From: Spirochaetaceae bacterium
GTDB taxonomy: Bacteria > Spirochaetota > Spirochaetia > Treponematales > Rectinemataceae
DNA length: 64,000 nt
Assembly (NCBI GenBank): GCA_026418115.1
Contig: JAOABY010000006.1
Span: 908 to 64,907 of the forward strand
Reading direction: 5' to 3'
Shown piece after piece: positions 45,910 through 54,824 of the stretch (positions within the stretch are counted from its first letter, which is position 1; every line of letters starts with the position of its first letter). The notes under the pieces were generated by a model. It was not told the DNA's origin, searched no databases, and was given only the letters and a program-made list of their open reading frames with translations. The position numbers were made by a program, and so were the translations under genes.

Positions 45910-46914
45910 ATGATGAACTTCTTGCGTATGAGGGGCGGGATGAAAGCTGCGGGACGCCGGAGACCACATGTTCCAGTGACAGAAGAACGCAAAGTCCAGG
46001 TCCAGCCCGACATATCACCCGAGAGCAAGCCTCTGCATCTGCACGACAAACGCACCATACTCATAGTCGAATCGGAAGGTTCCATCTTTGATGTATTGAA
46101 ATTCTGGCATGAGCGAGCGTACCTCCCAGCCTTTACAGCATGTTTCGGCATAGGCGCAGACCCGGCTCTATGTGGAGAGATATGGAAGAATGTTGCGCTT
46201 GCATCACCTCTGCGGGGGGAGGATCCCCTCAGTATCCTTCATGCAGCACTCAAGGTCCTCAATACACTGATTCCATCAGCACATCGAGCCGCCGTTCTGC
46301 ATATGCTTGAGAAAACGAAAACCGAATCTGGTGCAAGCAGATCCCTGCTCGAACTCGGAGACAAGAATCCTGCAGAGATGGCAGTGATCGACTGGCTCTC
46401 GATGTCCGAATCATTGATAGAGGAGGCTGGACGAGTTCCTCATTTCTCAACCGCAGAAGAATTTCTGAGAAGTCTGCCCTACATTTCCGGCAAAGCGAAT
46501 GTGCTTGCATGCAGCAGTCTTGCCGAGACGGGAGCAGCCTCTATGTGGGAATCGGCCGGCATGGGTAGACTATACACGAGGCTTGCAGGGAAGGAGCGCG
46601 GTGATCGCCAGGAATTTCTGCGGGCCCTGTTAGCTGGAGGGCAGGATCGTACCGCCTTTGTTGTGGTGGGCAGTACGGCATCGATGTTCAATGCCGCACA
46701 ATATGCCGGTCTGCGATTCTATCCAATAGTACCGGGGGAAGAGGAAGAGAGCTGGCGCCACTTTGCAGAAGACTGGTTTCCTCTCTATCTTCGCGGAGAG
46801 GCATGGAAGATACCAACTCATGGTGAACGCTTCTATGATCTCGTCTGTGGTGAATTCAATGTGCGCACCATGGCAGCAGCTGTAACTGAAAGCATCTCAG
46901 GTCAACGGCCATGA
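45910..46914 (+). CDS. Hypothetical protein, possibly a HAD-fold protein lacking the catalytic aspartates
   Basis: Coding-like composition. ILIVESEGSIFD sits where HAD motif I (DxDGT) would be, and VVVGSTASMFNAAQYAG where motif IV (GDxxxD) would be. Start uncertain (45844, 45910 or 45940). Confidence 0.5.
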   Translation: MMNFLRMRGGMKAAGRRRPHVPVTEERKVQVQPDISPESKPLHLHDKRTILIVESEGSIFDVLKFWHERAYLPAFTACFGIGADPALCGEIWKNVALASPLRGEDPLSILHAALKVLNTLIPSAHRAAVLHMLEKTKTESGASRSLLELGDKNPAEMAVIDWLSMSESLIEEAGRVPHFSTAEEFLRSLPYISGKANVLACSSLAETGAASMWESAGMGRLYTRLAGKERGDRQEFLRALLAGGQDRTAFVVVGSTASMFNAAQYAGLRFYPIVPGEEEESWRHFAEDWFPLYLRGEAWKIPTHGERFYDLVCGEFNVRTMAAAVTESISGQRP

Positions 46915-49203
46915 AAGCAGGCGCAGCCTGAGCACCAGAAGTCTTCTCGGATTTCGGTTGAAACGCTCCAGCAAAGCCTGCAATCGCGCCATGTCGGAAG
47001 CAGTGAATGTCTCTGTAAAGAGTTTTCCAAAAGGTGTGCTGCGATCAGACCAGGTGGTAAAATCGTCCAACGCAACCGGCATCGTGTAGGAGGCCAGAAG
47101 TTCTTTTTCTTCAACTTCAGGCTGAGAAGACCCTCCCGGAATCGATGGCCAGGCGGCATACCCAGTTGCCGGCCCTCGATAGGAAGGGCCTGAGCCATAG
47201 CAACGCTCTATTGATTCAAGTTTTCTGAGAAGGCTTCGGTCCTCTTCCGACAGATGCTCCATTGCAGCAAGGGAAAGATGCAGAAAAGAGGAAGTACGTG
47301 CATCAATACGAAACATTGCCACGGTGGCGTCCTGCCTGCCGGCATGCAGCAGGGTATTCAGACACGCCTCGAGTATCGCAGGAGGCAAGCGATCAGTTTC
47401 ACAGAAGACAGCGAGCGAAGGTCTGTAGTCAACAAGAAATTCTGCCAGATTATCGTCTTGCGGAGGCTGTTCATGTAGGGATGTAGGCTTGTCTTTCCTC
47501 TTTTCGATATCCTGAAAGGTAAGTATCTTCGGTTTGAGCACATCGCTCACTGATTTTCCGAGGTTCTCAAATTGCAGAGCAGCTGCAGTATCGGGCAGTA
47601 CCGCGCAGATGGCCGCTTCCCGTGCCCTGCGCATGGCCTCGAGAGCATAGAAGCCGGATCGCGGATCTACAATCAGGGCATTTTCAAGTGGCGAGAGGTG
47701 GAGTTCATCGAAGACGGCTTTTCGGGCAGCCAGCAGTCGTTCCGTCACACCTGCTTCACTGCGTACCTTCCACTGTGCCTTTGCAAAGCCTTCCTCAGAC
47801 CAGACCCCTCCCTTTTCCGAAAGCAGTACAGCATCCTCGGGCAGAATAGATAGCTGAGCTTCACGCCGAGTGAGAACCTGATGCATCAGCGTGCCTTCAA
47901 ACCCCAGAGGGCCGGGAAAATAGAAAATCCTCCCTGTGAGGGAGGAGGGTAGATACTGCTGTGCGACCCAGTGATCTCTGTAGGCATGAGGATATTGATA
48001 GCCTTCTCCGTGGCCCAGTTCCGTCTTGTCCCGGTTTGCGTCTCTCAGATGGTCAGGAACGTCTGCGCCTTGCTGTTGCACGGAGGAGAGGGCGTCAAAA
48101 TACCCCATGGTGGAATTCGATTTGGGGGCGAGCGAACAGTACAGCGAGGCAAGCGAGAGATGGAACTGTCCTTCCGGCAGTCCTACGCGATCGAAAGCCT
48201 GGGCACATACAGCAACCACTGTCATGGCCTGCGGATCGGCCAACCCGATATCCTCGGCAGCCAATATCAGCAATCTCCGCAGAATGAAATCTGGATCCTC
48301 TCCTGCATATACCATTCTTGCGAGCCAATACAGCGCTGCATCAGGATCCGATCCTCGAATGCTCTTGATGAATGCACTTATCGTATCGAAGTGATAATCC
48401 CCATCCTTGTCGTAGAGCACCGCTCGTCTCTGAATGCTTTCTTCGGCAACCTCCATGGTAACTCTGATCGTTGACCCTTCCGCAGGCGGCCATTCAGGCG
48501 TTGTTGTCTCCACAGCCAGCTCAAGCGCATTCAGAAGGCTTCTGGCATCTCCATCTGCAACGTCGATGAGATGTTCCAATGCCCCCGCTTCGAAGATGAC
48601 ATGGTACTTGCCATATCCCCGGTCTCTGTCGGTAAGTGCCTGGCGTGCAATCATCTCAAGGTGCCTTTGTTCAAGAGGCTTGAGCACGAAGACGCGGGAG
48701 CGTGAAAGCAGGGCCTTGTTGACTTCAAAGAAAGGATTTTCAGTCGTGGCGCCAATGAGAATGGCAGTTCCATTTTCTATCCAGGGCAGCAGGGCATCCT
48801 GCTGGCTCTTGTTCCAGCGATGCACTTCGTCAACAAAGAGAATGGTTCTGCGTCCGTACAGTTCCCGGTAGGTCTTTGCCTGGTTGATTGCCTCTCTCAG
48901 ATCCGCCACGCCGGAGAGCACAGCGTTCAGAGTAATGAAATGGCTGCGAGTGGTGTTCGCGATAATGCGGGCAAGTGTTGTCTTTCCTGTGCCTGGTGGG
49001 CCAGCGAAAATGAGAGAGGTGAGCTGATCCTTCTGAATAGCTCGCCGCAGCAGCTTGCCTGGTCCGACGATATGTTCCTGCCCGATGAATTCATCGAGTG
49101 TTCTGGGACGCATGCGAGAGGCAAGCGGCTCACCCCCTTCTCTTGAAGGGGTTTGAGCCGAGAAAAGGGGATGATCGCTTCCTTCTGGCATTGCTGCAAT
49201 CAT
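46897..49203 (-). CDS. rarA: Replication-associated recombination protein A (AAA+ ATPase) with a ~320-aa C-terminal extension
   Basis: Walker A GPPGTGKTT, Walker B ILFVDEVHRWN, MgsA C-terminal motifs (GSDPDAALYWLARM, AAEDIGLADP, YQYPH). Start placed at Met8 (49203), forming ATGA with the upstream stop. Confidence 0.88.
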   Translation of the reverse strand: MIAAMPEGSDHPLFSAQTPSREGGEPLASRMRPRTLDEFIGQEHIVGPGKLLRRAIQKDQLTSLIFAGPPGTGKTTLARIIANTTRSHFITLNAVLSGVADLREAINQAKTYRELYGRRTILFVDEVHRWNKSQQDALLPWIENGTAILIGATTENPFFEVNKALLSRSRVFVLKPLEQRHLEMIARQALTDRDRGYGKYHVIFEAGALEHLIDVADGDARSLLNALELAVETTTPEWPPAEGSTIRVTMEVAEESIQRRAVLYDKDGDYHFDTISAFIKSIRGSDPDAALYWLARMVYAGEDPDFILRRLLILAAEDIGLADPQAMTVVAVCAQAFDRVGLPEGQFHLSLASLYCSLAPKSNSTMGYFDALSSVQQQGADVPDHLRDANRDKTELGHGEGYQYPHAYRDHWVAQQYLPSSLTGRIFYFPGPLGFEGTLMHQVLTRREAQLSILPEDAVLLSEKGGVWSEEGFAKAQWKVRSEAGVTERLLAARKAVFDELHLSPLENALIVDPRSGFYALEAMRRAREAAICAVLPDTAAALQFENLGKSVSDVLKPKILTFQDIEKRKDKPTSLHEQPPQDDNLAEFLVDYRPSLAVFCETDRLPPAILEACLNTLLHAGRQDATVAMFRIDARTSSFLHLSLAAMEHLSEEDRSLLRKLESIERCYGSGPSYRGPATGYAAWPSIPGGSSQPEVEEKELLASYTMPVALDDFTTWSDRSTPFGKLFTETFTASDMARLQALLERFNRNPRRLLVLRLRLLSWPLT

Positions 49204-50336
49204 TCTGCCGACCAGCCCGACCATGTCGAGCTGGTTTCGTTATAGGTATTGCGGTAGAGAGCATAGGAATCAGTGCCACCTGCCGCAAGAAGGATGAACA
49301 TCACCTTGCCATCTGCACTGATCCAGAACTTGCGGACGATCTTGCCAGAAACGGTGCTCAGGTACACGCTCGAACTGGTGGAAATATAGTCGGATCCGTT
49401 TTCCTTTCTGACTGCGTGATCCAGATCATATTCCATATATCCAAAAGGTGTGGCGGACCTTTTTGCAACAAGGAGCCGTGGTGTTGCTGAGGGAAGGCTC
49501 AGATAGCAGAGAGGCCCCAGATCGGTCGATGCTCTGAACTCGAAGGACGACCAGATGCTCCCGTCATTGATGAATACATGGCCATCGCTGGTGCTGACAT
49601 AGGTCTTGCCACCATGTGCGAAGATGTTCCTGAGCACCACTGTGCCATCTCCGGCAGGCGCTCCTGTAGCAGTGTCCTCAACCATTGCGTCTGCCGAACC
49701 ACGATAGACGCTTCCAGCAGTCAGAGCCATATATTCACTTCCACTCCAGACTATGCCGAGCAGGGGCTTCTGGCCAGGATTGATGCTGATCTGGAAAGCA
49801 GCACCATCCCAGAAGTAGAGCGTCCAATCCGTCCCCTGACGAAGGGCGACAAAGAGCGTACCATTGGCAACGTCCATCCACTGCAACGAACCGGATGATG
49901 GAAGCCCGTGAGATGTTGCCTCAAGATCAGTCCAATGCGCGCCACTGTCATCGGTGTAGAGGATCCTGAAGGAGCCATCGGAATAGGACAGGGCTGCATG
50001 CAGTCTCGATCCATCCGAGGCAATCATGGCTCGTTCATAATTCTGATCATTGTCTATGGAGAACTGCTCCCACGTTCCCCCTGTCTTCGCTCTGCGGAAC
50101 ACTTTGGCAAGGGATGCGTAATAATACGTAACGTCTTCGGCAAATCCTTCCACTGTAACGTTCTTGAAGAGATCGGCCCCGACCTGCGGCTTTTCCTCAA
50201 CTATACTCCTGTAGATGCCAAAGCTCATATCACAGCCAGCGGCAAGGGCAGCCACAAGGAGCAGGAGCAGGAGGGCTGAAAAACCGGTGTTTCTACGCAG
50301 TGTGCCTTCTCTTTTCAAAGTCAATGATGCTTGCAT
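49200..50336 (-). CDS. Lipoprotein with Asp-box/BNR-like motifs (putative beta-propeller)
   Basis: Lipobox LAAGC. KTGGTWEQF and DDSGAHWTDL resemble Asp-box (SxDxGxTW) repeats. Repetitive beta-rich sequence. Confidence 0.6.
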   Translation of the reverse strand: MQASLTLKREGTLRRNTGFSALLLLLLVAALAAGCDMSFGIYRSIVEEKPQVGADLFKNVTVEGFAEDVTYYYASLAKVFRRAKTGGTWEQFSIDNDQNYERAMIASDGSRLHAALSYSDGSFRILYTDDSGAHWTDLEATSHGLPSSGSLQWMDVANGTLFVALRQGTDWTLYFWDGAAFQISINPGQKPLLGIVWSGSEYMALTAGSVYRGSADAMVEDTATGAPAGDGTVVLRNIFAHGGKTYVSTSDGHVFINDGSIWSSFEFRASTDLGPLCYLSLPSATPRLLVAKRSATPFGYMEYDLDHAVRKENGSDYISTSSSVYLSTVSGKIVRKFWISADGKVMFILLAAGGTDSYALYRNTYNETSSTWSGWSAE

Positions 50337-50348
50337 GGCGTTGCTCCT

Positions 50349-50939
50349 TCAGAAGTGGTAGCGGGCTCCAAATGAAATTTCCAGGAAATTCCCATACATG
50401 GTCAGCCCGGCGTAGGTTCCGGTGTGAAGTTCCGGTGCAAACCAGTACAGAATGCGGCCACCGATGCTCCAGCTCTCGCTTATGGTTCGTGCAATGCCTC
50501 CTCCAAGCTTCACAATGGGAGAAAGCAAACCTTTTCCGGAAAGCCTCATGACATTGAATCCAACCTCGCCTCCGGCCAGAAATTCCAGTGCATCACTCCC
50601 GCCATGCCAGTAGACTGTACCCGTCACAGGTGCCATGAACAAGGTTCGGCCTCCGATCGTAGAAGCAAAAGCGCCTGCCATGGCGGCACCGACTCCCAGT
50701 GATCGACTCAGAAGATACTCATAACGCACGGAGAAGGTTGCCCCTGGCGAGAGATTGGTGGTTTCGGCCAGTGAAAAATCGGTATCGAGAATGAAGAGAG
50801 GAAGAAATGCTCCCGGGGATATCTCGATTGATTGTACTCCTCTGGCGCGCCAGCCTCGGTAGGCATCATTCTGTGCCTGTGCAGATGCTGCCATACTCAC
50901 CATCACGGCCAGTCCCAGTACTGCAATAGCTCGTCTCAT
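50349..50939 (-). CDS. Small outer-membrane beta-barrel protein (hypothetical)
   Basis: Signal peptide MRRAIAVLGLAVMVSMAASAQA, alternating pattern, C-terminal FGARYHF. Confidence 0.65.
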   Translation of the reverse strand: MRRAIAVLGLAVMVSMAASAQAQNDAYRGWRARGVQSIEISPGAFLPLFILDTDFSLAETTNLSPGATFSVRYEYLLSRSLGVGAAMAGAFASTIGGRTLFMAPVTGTVYWHGGSDALEFLAGGEVGFNVMRLSGKGLLSPIVKLGGGIARTISESWSIGGRILYWFAPELHTGTYAGLTMYGNFLEISFGARYHF

Positions 50940-51514
50940 GGCTCCTCCGGCAATGTCCTTCGATGCACTGCAGCCAGTGCTCTAAACAGGAAAACACCAT
51001 CCGAAGAGGATGGCAGAAGGGCATTATACAGCACAAGCCTGAATTTGGAGAAGGCAATGCGCTTCATTGAGCTGTCTGATACTTCATGGAGAGGTCTGCT
51101 ACCCAGAGGAATGCCTGAAGAAAAGGGTGGAGGAACGGGGACTGTTCTCACCTTCAAAGCCAAAGCAAAAGCGGCAAGCGCCTTCATCATGGCAGGGGTG
51201 TACAGCACGGTATCAGGAACAAGCGTGGCGATGCCGTCCAGTGTCCTGATTGAAAGGCTGATGGTTGGGGGCAGAGCGCCATTGATCATTGCTTCATGGC
51301 TGCGCAAGAGCTTCTGTGCATCGAGGCCATCCAGAATGATATTGCTGATGCTCTCTTCGTTCTCAGCCCAGCATCCCAGGACCAGACCCTCAGGCCACGC
51401 AGCCAGTTCCAGGTCATGGTCCCAGTCGAGTGCAGTTCTGCGCAGTGAACGTATTGCAGCTATTACATTGCCATAGGGCAGCAGGGACAATACCAGCATG
51501 AATACTCCCAGCAC
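50936..51514 (-). CDS. Hypothetical protein with a hydrophobic N-terminus
   Basis: Protein-like composition, whereas the overlapping + strand ORF 50832..51476 is Ser/Arg/Cys-rich. ATGA overlap with the downstream barrel gene. Confidence 0.5.
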   Translation of the reverse strand: MLGVFMLVLSLLPYGNVIAAIRSLRRTALDWDHDLELAAWPEGLVLGCWAENEESISNIILDGLDAQKLLRSHEAMINGALPPTISLSIRTLDGIATLVPDTVLYTPAMMKALAAFALALKVRTVPVPPPFSSGIPLGSRPLHEVSDSSMKRIAFSKFRLVLYNALLPSSSDGVFLFRALAAVHRRTLPEEP

Positions 51515-51538
51515 AGTATAGTAGCTCGGGGTTACTCA

Positions 51539-51547
51539 TGCTATAAT
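51539..51547 (+). promoter_or_regulatory. Extended -10 promoter element for the 51570 operon
   Basis: TGcTATAAT (51539-51547). SD GGAGAG at about 51560, ATG at 51570. Confidence 0.45.
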
Positions 51548-51569
51548 CTCCACGGAAACGGAGAGATCC

Positions 51570-52346
51570 ATGACCCGGAAAACTGATGAGCTCACCACGA
51601 GACTTACTGATATCATATCAGGCTGGAAAGGCGTTGACTGCATCTGCATCGATCGCCGCTCCTGTGATGATGAATACGATCCTCACTTTGCACTTGTGCT
51701 GGATGTCTACTATAGAAGAGGCATTCCGCCTGCCGAACAGCGTGAAAAGATGTTCGGATTTCCCGGAGCCTTTGAGGCTGCCGCAGGCGGAAGGACCAAG
51801 GACCGGTTTTTTCTGGAAGAGATACCCATCAGAGTTGAATACAAGCACATTCCGGACATTCAGCAGATCGTGACAAGACCGCTCCATCACATCAAGCTCC
51901 TGAAGAATTCTGGAACCTACCCCCTCTACAGGCTGCTCAATACCTCCATTGCCTATCAGGCGAGCGATTGGATCAATCAGATGAGAAGCTTTCTGGAGGC
52001 TTATCCGGAAGAGGCATGGACGATGCTGTTTGAAAGTTTCAGCCTTAAAATGGAGCACTATCTCTCGGATCTGGGGGCTGCTTCAGTGATGGATAACCGT
52101 TTCTTTCATATCATGTCGCTTGCAGGCTTCCTGAGATACGCGGGTGCTTCTCTCTTCATGGTCAATCATGCCTTTGAACCGTCGCATGCCGAGTTTGCCG
52201 GAAGGTTGCTTTCGCTGCCAAAGCTTCCCGCCAATTTTGCAAGTGTCTGGACCACAATTACCGATGAGAACAGCGAGCCCAACGAATTCAGACGTTTCGA
52301 ACTGGCCCGCCTGCTGGCCAGGGAAATCATAGTCATGCATCCATAG
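51570..52346 (+). CDS. Hypothetical cytoplasmic protein
   Basis: 258-aa ORF with an SD and no signal peptide. I recognised no family. It lies 13 nt upstream of the next gene. Confidence 0.6.
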   Translation: MTRKTDELTTRLTDIISGWKGVDCICIDRRSCDDEYDPHFALVLDVYYRRGIPPAEQREKMFGFPGAFEAAAGGRTKDRFFLEEIPIRVEYKHIPDIQQIVTRPLHHIKLLKNSGTYPLYRLLNTSIAYQASDWINQMRSFLEAYPEEAWTMLFESFSLKMEHYLSDLGAASVMDNRFFHIMSLAGFLRYAGASLFMVNHAFEPSHAEFAGRLLSLPKLPANFASVWTTITDENSEPNEFRRFELARLLAREIIVMHP

Positions 52347-52359
52347 CCGTCGTCGTATC

Positions 52360-54012
52360 ATGATGTCCGAGATGAGTACACCTTCCCTCAGCACACGCCT
52401 AGGAAGGGCAGGAGCGCTGATAATATTCCTTGGATTGATGCTTGCCGCATGCAGTCCTGATGACATAACTTCGTTCAGGTGGACCGACAGCGAACGTCAC
52501 AGCCTTGCCTTCATCCAGCATGCGCGATTTCCCAAGGGGGAAGAGGGTGTCTTCTCATTGGAAAGAACTTCCAACGAATATATTCTCAGAACGCCTCTGA
52601 CCATCCCCGAAGGCCATGAGCCGACAGTAAGCCTCTCCATTCTTAAGGATCATGTTGATGTCAGCATTTCCTGTTCTCTCGGACGGACCGTGCTGCAGCA
52701 GACATCCTTCTCTTTCGCTTCCGCAGGACAGGTTGTCATCCATCTGCCAGTCTCGCGTACTGCTTTTGACCGCATTGGAGTCTCTGTCAAATCAATGAAA
52801 GGAATTGCACCACAGCAGACAGTGCTAAAAGTTGAGGGTATTGGAATTGCTCCAGAAATGAGAGGTTTTAATGCGGCCGACGGCAGGCTCGAGATTTCAC
52901 CAGGGTTCAGAAAGATTGAAGGCACACAGGGGACTCGGTGGATATTGGACGATTTCAATATTGCGACGGGAGCTATGAATAAAGGGCTTTATCTTCAGGC
53001 TGAAGGTTCGCCGGGCACCATTCGGATCAAGGGAGCCCCGACATTGCTTCGCCTGGTCAGAGAGCAGGGCACCAGCAGGCATTGGATACCTTCATGGGCA
53101 TTCGCAAGAGAACTGGCTATGCTGGAAATTGAGGTGCCATCTGGCATGAGTATCACAGCTCTCCGTTTCGAGGCACTGAAGGAAGCTGCAGCGGAGCCTG
53201 CTCTCGATGCAGGGCTGGCAAGATTTCTGCCTCCCCTTGTACAGGAAGACCATGCCTGGTTTCGATGGGATGTCAAGCCTGAGGTCATGATAATGGTCTT
53301 CAGGGATTATGCCGTACAGGACAGGTACCTCAAGAGGCTTGCATTCTTTGTGGAAAAATACGGTTTTGTGGGAAGATTGGCGCGGGACGATGAAATCCGG
53401 GATCTTCATGGATGGAATGCGCATGATTACAGGGCCGAAGATCTCGCCCGCTTCTTTTCCGAAGCCGAGCGACAGGGATTTGATCTCAATCCACAGGAGA
53501 TCGAGCTGAGAGGTCTTCTTCTTGCCATGGGCATCATCAGGAAAGGTGCACAGGGATACGCTGCTGGCACTGGCGCCATGGTCTCGATCACACAGGAGTC
53601 CGACAGCTCTCTCCAGTACAGGTTTCTCGTCCATGAGCTCAGTCATGCTCTTTTCTTTACCGACAGGAATTACAGAGATCTCGCGATTACACGGTGGCAG
53701 TCCATGACAGAAGCGGAGCGGTGGTTTCTGAAACGCTACTTTGGGTGGATGCGCTATGACGTCACCAATGAATTTCTCATGGCAAATGAGATGCAGGCTT
53801 ACCTCGTACAACAGTCGATCGCCGCATTGCCTGAATACTTCAAAAAAACTCTCGGAACACGCCTTTCAGCTGAACATCCGGAACTCCGTCCCCAGATTGA
53901 GGAGTACATGCTCAGGTATCTTGATGCGCTCACACGGGAAGCTTCGATTCTGGAGGCCTATCTGCAGGCAAATTATGGCTTCAGAGCGGGAAGGCTGTTC
54001 CGTATGTACTGA
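52360..54012 (+). CDS. Lipoprotein with a C-terminal HExxH motif (putative zinc metallopeptidase-like)
   Basis: Lipobox MLAAC. FLVHELSHALFF contains HELSH at nt 53632-53646, with NEMQAY about 50 aa downstream. Confidence 0.6.
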   Translation: MMSEMSTPSLSTRLGRAGALIIFLGLMLAACSPDDITSFRWTDSERHSLAFIQHARFPKGEEGVFSLERTSNEYILRTPLTIPEGHEPTVSLSILKDHVDVSISCSLGRTVLQQTSFSFASAGQVVIHLPVSRTAFDRIGVSVKSMKGIAPQQTVLKVEGIGIAPEMRGFNAADGRLEISPGFRKIEGTQGTRWILDDFNIATGAMNKGLYLQAEGSPGTIRIKGAPTLLRLVREQGTSRHWIPSWAFARELAMLEIEVPSGMSITALRFEALKEAAAEPALDAGLARFLPPLVQEDHAWFRWDVKPEVMIMVFRDYAVQDRYLKRLAFFVEKYGFVGRLARDDEIRDLHGWNAHDYRAEDLARFFSEAERQGFDLNPQEIELRGLLLAMGIIRKGAQGYAAGTGAMVSITQESDSSLQYRFLVHELSHALFFTDRNYRDLAITRWQSMTEAERWFLKRYFGWMRYDVTNEFLMANEMQAYLVQQSIAALPEYFKKTLGTRLSAEHPELRPQIEEYMLRYLDALTREASILEAYLQANYGFRAGRLFRMY

Positions 54013-54098
54013 GCACGGTACAAAGTTCGCCCATGCCAGTAATCTGGTTCGCTGCACGCGCTGTAATCGCCTGTACCGGTGCGGCGGGACTGCAGACT

Positions 54099-54737
54099 TC
54101 AGATGAGGCCAAGTGATTCGAATACTTTTCTATACAGATTAAAGTATTCGGAAGAGGCAAATTCCTGAATCTTTTCATCCGGCAGAGATTCAAGCAGGTG
54201 ATCGAGATAGAGCAATAGAGACTTTATATCCTCAAGCTGCTGATCAGACAGCATAATCGCCGCTGTCTGCATGTTCCGTGATTGCTGATCGCCTTGAGCA
54301 TCGTGCGCAGGAGAAAGGTTCTTGTCGGGAACGACCTGCGTGCCTGCCTCTGGCAACGCTTCTACTTCTCGCTGGAAGGATCGGGCTGCCTCAAGTTCCT
54401 GCTGCACAGAGCGAAGCTCTCTCTTGATGCTGCGCAGTTCGTCAGCCAGGCGAAGTGCGAGTGCCTCGGGGTCTCGAGGATGTTCTTTCTTTTGAAATCC
54501 CGTTTGCGATGATTCCAGCATGGAAGGCTGCAGAGTATGCAGATGTTCAGAAGCGATCCTCTCTGCCTGGTCCGGTTCCAACTGTAGCCCTGGATCGAGA
54601 AGCGTCTGTTCTCTGCGTTCGAGATCCCGAAAAGATCTTTCTTCATCCGCCGGGCTCAGAAAGAATCCTTCAATACTTTCCTCCTCGGTATGGTGCGCAG
54701 AGGCCTTGTGATTCGTGTTCATCCCATGTTCCCTCAT
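54099..54737 (-). CDS. Acidic coiled-coil hypothetical protein
   Basis: E/D/Q-rich 212-aa ORF with a heptad-like central stretch (LADELRSIKRELRSVQQELEAARSFQREVEAL). No recognised domain. Confidence 0.5.
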   Translation of the reverse strand: MREHGMNTNHKASAHHTEEESIEGFFLSPADEERSFRDLERREQTLLDPGLQLEPDQAERIASEHLHTLQPSMLESSQTGFQKKEHPRDPEALALRLADELRSIKRELRSVQQELEAARSFQREVEALPEAGTQVVPDKNLSPAHDAQGDQQSRNMQTAAIMLSDQQLEDIKSLLLYLDHLLESLPDEKIQEFASSEYFNLYRKVFESLGLI

Positions 54738-54824
54738 CAGCCGTCAGGATCCTGCATCTATCATAGTCGTCATTCGAACTTCGGGGAAGTGTTTTGTTCG
54801 GAAAAACTAAAGCTTCGGCCAGGA

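Noticed and set aside
50832-51476. 214-aa + strand ORF competing with the 192-aa minus-strand ORF
   Set aside because: The + frame translation is Ser/Arg/Cys/His-rich and low-complexity. The minus-strand ORF has balanced composition and an ATGA junction with the next gene, so I kept the minus-strand call, at only 0.5 confidence.
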